Shown: positions 54,001 to 57,278 of the stretch, piece after piece
Position numbering within the stretch: the first letter of the stretch is position 1
How the letters are laid out: each line of letters starts with the position of its first letter
Assembly (NCBI GenBank): GCA_003554845.1
Contig: PWHK01000017.1
Coordinates: 77,242-134,519 of the forward strand
Length of the DNA: 57,278 bases
Source: Candidatus Aenigmatarchaeota archaeon
Lineage (GTDB): Archaea > Aenigmatarchaeota > Aenigmatarchaeia > PWEA01
Direction: 5' to 3'
Translations under genes and position numbers: made by a program
Notes under the pieces: model-generated
Told to the model about the DNA's origin: nothing
The model's database searches: none
What the model saw: only the letters and a program-made list of their open reading frames with translations

Positions 54001-57000
54001 TTAGTTGGAGGATTTTACGCCGACTACGGTTATATAAAAAACATTAATGTTACCGGAATAATAGAAGGTGACATTAGGGTAGGGGGCATCGGAGGTTGGT
54101 TGCGAAGAGGCTATGGTAAAAATCTAACTGTGGATGCAATAGTTTCTGGGAGTGGAAATTTGGTGGGTGGTATTACTGGCTACCAACACCAAGATTTGGA
54201 AAATGTAAAGGTTTACGGCTCCGTCGAATCAACTTCATCTCGAGTAGGTGGTATAGTTGGTGAAATGAGGGGAAACATTCAAAAAGCTGAAAACTATGCA
54301 TCTGTCGAAGGAACCAGTGATGTAGGGGGTTTGGTGGGTAGAATAAGAGGATCAAGAGATATATCCAATTCTTTAAATGCAGGGGATATAAGTGGAGACG
54401 AGAACATAGGCGGTGCTGTAGGTAGGGTTAATGCATGGGGTTCAATTTCTATTGAAGAAGTTTATTCAACTGGCAATGCTGAAGGTAACATCCATGTAGG
54501 AGGTCTAATTGGAATCAACTGCAATAATGATGACAGAAGTAAGATGTATTTAAAGGATTCCTATTCAACTGGCGATGTAATCGGTGACGAGTATATAGGC
54601 GGTCTAATTGGTGCTGATATATGGGATTCTGATATACAAAATAGCTATTCTGTAAGTCATATTTCAGGAAATGAATACACTGGAGGCATGGTTGGATACT
54701 TAGAAGATGATCCTGAAACAAGCCTAAGTAGTTCTTACTGGGATGTAATAATCTCCAGTATATATGAGTCGGATGGTGGCGAAGGTAAAACTACCTACGA
54801 AATGACGGTGGAGGATACATTTGAAGGATGGGACTTCACAAACACGTGGGATGTATCAGAACGTGAGCACTATCCATGTCTTCAGTGGCAGGATTCGGGA
54901 ACGTGTCCAGGGGCGGAACAGGAAGTTTACGATATAAGCAACTGGTATGAGCTTCATAACGTGCGGATGGATCTCGATGGGGACTACAGTCTGGATAATG
55001 ATTTAACTGATGGAAATGTTGGTTATGATGAGTATGCTTCCGATAGTGCGGATGATGGGAGTGGTTGGGAGCCGATAGGTGTAGATTACGGAGAAGATAC
55101 ACACTTCGATGGAACTTTAGATGGGCAGACCTATACAATTTCAGATCTCTATATAAATAGACCAGGCGAAACCGAAGTAGGTTTGTTCGGAGTATCAAGG
55201 ACTTCGGTCCAGAATCTTAATATAAATAATGCACATGTTGAAGGAAACAATAGAGTTGGAATACTTTCTGGATACAACATAGTGGGTGGCCCCTTCACAA
55301 ATATCAGCGTAGGGGGTAATGTGGTTGGGAGTGATTCTACAGGAGGTCTTATAGGTAGACAGTACGATGCAGTTGTGCAGGGATGTTATGCAAATGTCTC
55401 CGTTTACAGCGATGGTAGTAATGTAGGTGGTTTGATAGGACACCAATTTTTCGGAGCAACTACAAAGGATTCTTACGCGGTAGGTAATGTCGAAGGTAGT
55501 AACCGGGTCGGTGGTCTTATAGGAAGATTGAGGCACGAAGGATCAGAAGTCAAAAGATCATTTTCGTCATCAGAAGTTGTTGGAGGCGACGACACAGGTG
55601 GATTAATAGGAATAGTACAGACAGCCGGCAGTTACAGATCTTCTGGGGATATAGTTATAGAGAACAGTTATTCAAATACTGAGGTCAGCAACCAAAATGA
55701 TCTCATAGGAACTATATCAGATACAGCCGAAGACCACGATATTGTAGTCAAGGGAAGCAGAACATCAGATGCCAATGAGATGACATGGGAGTATGCACAA
55801 ACACTCGAATTTGATGGATCAAGTGATCACTTGACTAAAGACTTTGTTCCAGATACAACTAATCCTTCTTGGACTGTTAGCATATGGTTCAAAGTCGAAG
55901 AAAATTCAGGGGAAAACACCCTTTTCCATCATCACTCAGGTGACAATGTTCGTATATACGCAAGCTCATATTATGGATGGCGTCTGGGTGACTCAGAGAT
56001 AGGTAACCCATCATTTGAGGAAGGTGTTTGGAACCACGGCGTTCTTACGGGAGATGGATCCACTGGTAGTATTTATATAAATGGAGAACAGGTAGCAACT
56101 GACTCATACAGCTGGGACACGGAAGGAACTTCAACTAACTTTGAAATTGGATCACCAGTCGCAGGAAACTGTGACTACTTAAAGGGTAATGTGGATGATT
56201 TGCGTATATATGATCGTGGCTTGTCAGAATCGGAAATCAACGAACTTTATGAAAGCAGACATGGCTTGCTAGGCGATGAGGTTGGTTGGTGGCCGATGAA
56301 TGAAGGCGGTGGAAGTACAGTTTACGACGAAACTCACAACGATAACGATGGAACGATTCACGGTGCTGACTGGACAAGCATGTACCACAACTGGGACTTC
56401 GAAAACGTGTGGTTAGATGGTGCACATGCCATAGTTGAAGATTCAGAAGGGAGGGTTGGTTATCCTGCACTGCAATGGCAGGACTGGGTGAATGGAAACA
56501 CATTAACAGTAAACGTGGAGGGAATGGGAAGTGCTGATCCCTCTAGAGGAGTGCATACCTACAAGGTAGGTGAAACTGTAACAGTAACCGCCGACGACCA
56601 TGCAGCTGGATGGGATTTCAGTCACTTCTCCAACGACTGCTCCGGAACAACATGTGAAGTGACAATGGATACAAATCGAGAAGTTACTGCACACTTCGAA
56701 GCGGACTATAGTGTAGATGTAACAGCACCTACGGATGCAACTGAACAGCAACCTGGAACATATACATACTATTTCGATGTAGAAAATCTTGGCTTTGAGG
56801 ACACATACGACCTAAGTGCAAGTCAAACGGAAGGCTGGACTGTGGATGTTCAGAACACTGTTTTCGTGGATACCCACGAAACAGAGTCTGTGGGGGTAGA
56901 TGTAACCATACCGGACGATGCTGGCGAAGTAACAAATTCTGTAACTCTCGAAGCCACAAGCCAGTCGGACGGAACAGTATCGGACTCCGACAGCTTCGAT

Positions 57001-57278
57001 GTCACAGCCGACCATACACCACAGGTTACGGTATCTGCACCCATTAACCAGGAGGAAAGTTCACCTGGAACCTATACATATACATTCGATATTACCAATC
57101 CATCAGACTTCGAGGACACATACGATCTAAGTGCAGGCGATACTGAGAACTGGCTTGTAGGTGGCCCATCACCCGATCCTGTTACAGTTGGTCCGGGTAG
57201 TACAGAACAGGTAACCGTGGACGTGCAGATTGACGACGATGTCGGTGGAGAAACTACAACTGTAACTCTTACAGCCAC
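45049..57278 (+). CDS. giant mosaic cell-surface protein, partial (frame open from 44953 to the window end; at least 4,076 codons from the first ATG)
   Basis: I translated the frame by hand without meeting a stop. The ORF track lists nothing in this frame, consistent with an ORF that leaves the window. N-terminal basic stretch plus TM helix (VVFYLSLLVLVFFVGLFFA). Acidic N-x-T repeat stalk. Ig-like modules and a 14-Cys region. Two Big_2-like domains (PDYIEIEP...). Four GLUG-type beta-helix modules (GGLVG repeats, capped by WDF..W....YPAL.WQ). LamG. Two InlB-B-repeat-like domains. CARDB-like modules at the end. An alternative TTG start at 44983 is preceded by GGAGG. Confidence 0.9.
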   Translation, partial: MGEWFSSTRVKSRTSKSVVFYLSLLVLVFFVGLFFAHQTGITGLIIGEEDVVTMEYTYKDIPGEMGPGSEYTADIVLDEEKHSPTSGRIRLNLSKSGDEDLRLVAVDSTGNRVCELEPTDEADEFVCSLDREHLQEVEGRNLSLNLRVVSRGDIVRTPTGMVIAQNETSPEEELQEKDDQLTEEQTEEAEEKSDEDEPIEENITEETDKETDEETDEETAEEYEENVEEKEEEQEEELDEEEAKKEDESTEEPVKEEEDVSDETESVNDTYPDDEENITEDEIPENITENVTYEKPVEENITENVTYENITEENITEDEIPENITEENITENVTYEKPVEENITDNETEDEYTEPVGSFILVHGMVLEVDYEYVSDDVSVEMDASDYAGSPGDHIDFQVEITKTPGLVDKVNLTVFDEQREMDRINRRQYIYSWKIPDVDGSVRVDATAYSCRDRCEVVGEDSLEISLEDARETVLSMDSDGRVVRGSNVTAEGLLEYTDGTGVSGEPIEVYVNDELIGEKTTDSDGHVYVDYSTSDLDPGKHSIGFVYSGSEKASESSSYSEFEVFVPGEVSMDLEVRDVEMGETMTAVASLTHGDELIMREDVEFLINGETVETFIPACEGLVAYHNTSDMTTEEHKVTARFPGTDTLEAVSATETVEVLPRTVQGRAIVGKPIQWKKEVVRKNHDETETDFDISIPLPEGIENVEARELHPTMRDVDDFELLENKATIYSRIPPGQMKKYGILFETKPPEKIEEDIENGKRVTVRSDAPLSYSDVYTNTTIPETDQKPTLYRLVNDTRVDVTDDPEYDVNYLDTTDTGNYDIIEWNVPSLSEEVFEVSITVLNVQSYPVVGGNWTVEFNTTGKADLNITAVNTTWDNETENHDLKFIELECGEEYVDHEWLNYGDGRGSVYVENYSCNETGYETSSVHTTGEHHLKFEFGNDTAYAHNDASLTSYGSLSCEAEGDPLCRGPYPCSDSECWIDDSDCDYSCPNVDNAHLEGESCSVSASGDCYCDEQIGDCIWSEIGECEVSGSCTYVCEDGYYWEGGECHRKPPDYIEIEPETATITAGGTQSYTATAYCEDDIELGDVTGDTSWYVVESKAGGSWDGNTYTSENGGSWTVAGHYEEAENPENVSTLNVINPEIHDWHELDAIRYSLDGDYTLMNDLDENTDGYEKYIDNIYDDFEGQSDGSDPDGWVLENVEEDIEIDTSISQVGDGSLLIKDQPNDGDVPEAYLPFDSKESPGEVSFWYRRRAWQGQDSSDYHQHRFQLDDGTTIFGMTIYGYDEEDPLGFSPSGGDEKQFGTFEEWYKIRFQNIDWSEHTYDAEVRNVDGNQLASWINLDFGEDYGYIERFNIRYKSWSTEGANIDYISQDGGWDPIGDGSSSFTGNFYGDGKEISDLYIDKQDSYVGLFGYVQGTIEDIHLRDVNVRGETNTGGLVGRLDGTIKDSSTSGEVGLNSGERVGGLVGYTVSGSLIEESYSEANVLLLEDTTSWNRLGGLVGRGHGTIERSYATGDVIDTTGDGRQIGGLVGRYADETIKDSFATGEVVVNGERGGSLVGDLQGGYIEKSYGTGSVTGDGNNLGGLVGIDSGGDGVIDSYWNVETSGQSTSDVGEGRTTEEMTWEYGSNTYDGWDFGNIWQDGDHATVIDHEGNWGYPALDFQDWVEPLSSTITPDGVDWQNTDQGYQIDCDDGDLGCDTTYWEIVDSGSSCPSQGNFANSGSPTVSDTVTCPDGETCTKDVCYYSEDVEGNVENIQRSDTFNIDKVDPTTDVNISERSWDNTDVSVEITATDDGSGVVVTSYCWTEGTTCTPGTTSSGSSVDTTQTQTGEWTLCHRAEDDAGNIGDTQCDGLYRIDKEDPTTSIDSPASGSWQNDDFDVSFSDSDDVSGLDVCEYRVLDDGTVALGWTSRACGGSETIDVPGDCGTEGSNICTVESRATDNAGNVDQDSRSFSIDYTDPDSSASPTSRSCDNTSVSVDITASDSHSGVDGIEHCWTTGSSCTPDIFSSGSSNTVTQSSTGEWNLEYRAIDNAGNIESPNQDGPYIVDKEDPSLSQVQTDPGSPATYEPGKEYQFNATWINPADVPCGIEEVEFEIDGVTYSYQSNEISSSGDEYFVSVSDLDQGTYNYEWSAWDEAGNSYSDTFTYEIDEADPSDDLYVAIDGTEDPGGTVSVVEGTSVDVDGWSELEDNQLSFELRRDGTQVATGDPANHTEDTSSLGPGYYDYKYYAFNGENYQNGESYTMTLEVFEECNVDLELNDHQGDISITYGDDVYSEANITVDQSPDWSIYRDRGTGDEEVLVTGSTTETLQHTTSGGELAAGQDYIYEAYWDGNEYYDPCGESHTVTVNKESSDVDLTISQNPVTAGDQVTVSCDIVDGDDSAWITIEENDSVVTEGEGDQQYQVTHTVSDDYKYDCYYDESENYTSSSDEENYLTVEPGDPDYIEIEPQSSTIISGNSETYTSESYDEYGNYIDDVTSSTSWSIESGAGGSWDGNTYTSQNAGTWTVTGHYDQAVNPEDTATLNVDPKPEIYDWHDLNNIREDLSGNYVLMNDLDENTDGYSDYNTGDGWTAIGSAYDIFTGSLDGQGNVIENLYTDSSDSVVGLFGATSSGAVVKDIGLENISFTTDYFNIYDDSGAGGLVALSGDATIENCYVTGEVTGIHQVGGILGGGQGHTVKNCYAGTNVSGDEHVGGAIGYHDGILEDSYSTGRISSVESSAGGLVGSSPLGSGIYNSYANTEISVEDTSRGGEGRTTEEMTWNYSTNTYENWDFDNTWQDGAHAIVEDYEGNVGYPALEWQDHVDAHTLTININGHGSTDPSEGVHTYKVNEDVTVEAIPNQGWEFDEWTGDETGTQQQITVTMDSDKTITANFEVPSEITNWHELDAIRHSLDGDYTLMNDLDENTDGYSDYNTGDGWEPINGFEGTLDGQNNMIKDLYISRSEDIVGLFGEIPEEASTEIENLQLIDVDVSNDGDYTGALVGGFYADYGYIKNINVTGIIEGDIRVGGIGGWLRRGYGKNLTVDAIVSGSGNLVGGITGYQHQDLENVKVYGSVESTSSRVGGIVGEMRGNIQKAENYASVEGTSDVGGLVGRIRGSRDISNSLNAGDISGDENIGGAVGRVNAWGSISIEEVYSTGNAEGNIHVGGLIGINCNNDDRSKMYLKDSYSTGDVIGDEYIGGLIGADIWDSDIQNSYSVSHISGNEYTGGMVGYLEDDPETSLSSSYWDVIISSIYESDGGEGKTTYEMTVEDTFEGWDFTNTWDVSEREHYPCLQWQDSGTCPGAEQEVYDISNWYELHNVRMDLDGDYSLDNDLTDGNVGYDEYASDSADDGSGWEPIGVDYGEDTHFDGTLDGQTYTISDLYINRPGETEVGLFGVSRTSVQNLNINNAHVEGNNRVGILSGYNIVGGPFTNISVGGNVVGSDSTGGLIGRQYDAVVQGCYANVSVYSDGSNVGGLIGHQFFGATTKDSYAVGNVEGSNRVGGLIGRLRHEGSEVKRSFSSSEVVGGDDTGGLIGIVQTAGSYRSSGDIVIENSYSNTEVSNQNDLIGTISDTAEDHDIVVKGSRTSDANEMTWEYAQTLEFDGSSDHLTKDFVPDTTNPSWTVSIWFKVEENSGENTLFHHHSGDNVRIYASSYYGWRLGDSEIGNPSFEEGVWNHGVLTGDGSTGSIYINGEQVATDSYSWDTEGTSTNFEIGSPVAGNCDYLKGNVDDLRIYDRGLSESEINELYESRHGLLGDEVGWWPMNEGGGSTVYDETHNDNDGTIHGADWTSMYHNWDFENVWLDGAHAIVEDSEGRVGYPALQWQDWVNGNTLTVNVEGMGSADPSRGVHTYKVGETVTVTADDHAAGWDFSHFSNDCSGTTCEVTMDTNREVTAHFEADYSVDVTAPTDATEQQPGTYTYYFDVENLGFEDTYDLSASQTEGWTVDVQNTVFVDTHETESVGVDVTIPDDAGEVTNSVTLEATSQSDGTVSDSDSFDVTADHTPQVTVSAPINQEESSPGTYTYTFDITNPSDFEDTYDLSAGDTENWLVGGPSPDPVTVGPGSTEQVTVDVQIDDDVGGETTTVTLTA
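45547..46110 (+). repeat. coding low-complexity acidic region with imperfect tandem DNA repeats (ENITENVTYEKPVEE units)
   Basis: The E/D/T-rich translation includes ETDKETDEETDEET. A ~111-nt-spaced direct repeat (about 45886-45950 and 45997-46077) shares GATGAAATACCCGAAAACATCAC...ACAGAAAACGTAACCTACGAAAAACCTGTGGAAGAAAACAT. Confidence 0.85.

Noticed and set aside
43584-57278. Integrated mobile element starting at tRNA-Tyr (par-like cassette plus giant gene as cargo)
   Set aside because: No integrase, transposase, att-like repeat of the tRNA 3' end or other mobile-element gene is visible in the window. I keep it only as one of three hypotheses in the findings, not as an annotated feature.

Overview
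Compact, moderately AT-rich archaeal chromosome segment. Archaeal hallmarks are GatD/GatE, RtcB plus archease, Mre11/Rad50, ribosomal protein eS26, intron-containing tRNAs, class III signal-peptide pilins and TATA boxes close to start codons. Genes are tightly packed and often overlap by 4-8 nt. Left third (1-22.8 kb): housekeeping and small-molecule genes. These include an Mre11 - NYN nuclease - Rad50 operon, MetRS, a SAMP-like Ubl plus NcsA-like tRNA-thiolation pair, an MtaD-like deaminase, a methylthiotransferase homologue lacking the radical-SAM cysteine motif, and a GCS2 / ATP-grasp / AstE-like amide-bond cluster. Middle (22.9-40.8 kb): two back-to-back Epd/Tad-like type IV pilus loci. 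Each has its own FlaI/PilB-family ATPase and a two-gene platform; together they encode 13 pilin-like proteins, including a LamG-pilin and an 872-aa vWA-pilin. Right (40.8-57.3 kb): rtcB - unknown tandem-domain gene - archease next to a tRNA-Tyr with a ~98-nt intron, then a ParA/MinD plus wHTH cassette, an intergenic cluster of TCGA-core palindromes, and a giant mosaic surface-protein gene (at least 4,076 codons, still open at the window end). Many pili, a giant adhesin-like protein, odd tRNA introns and acidic proteins fit a DPANN-type episymbiotic archaeon, possibly Nanohaloarchaeota-like; this placement is inference only. No rRNA, CRISPR array, integrase or transposase was recognised.
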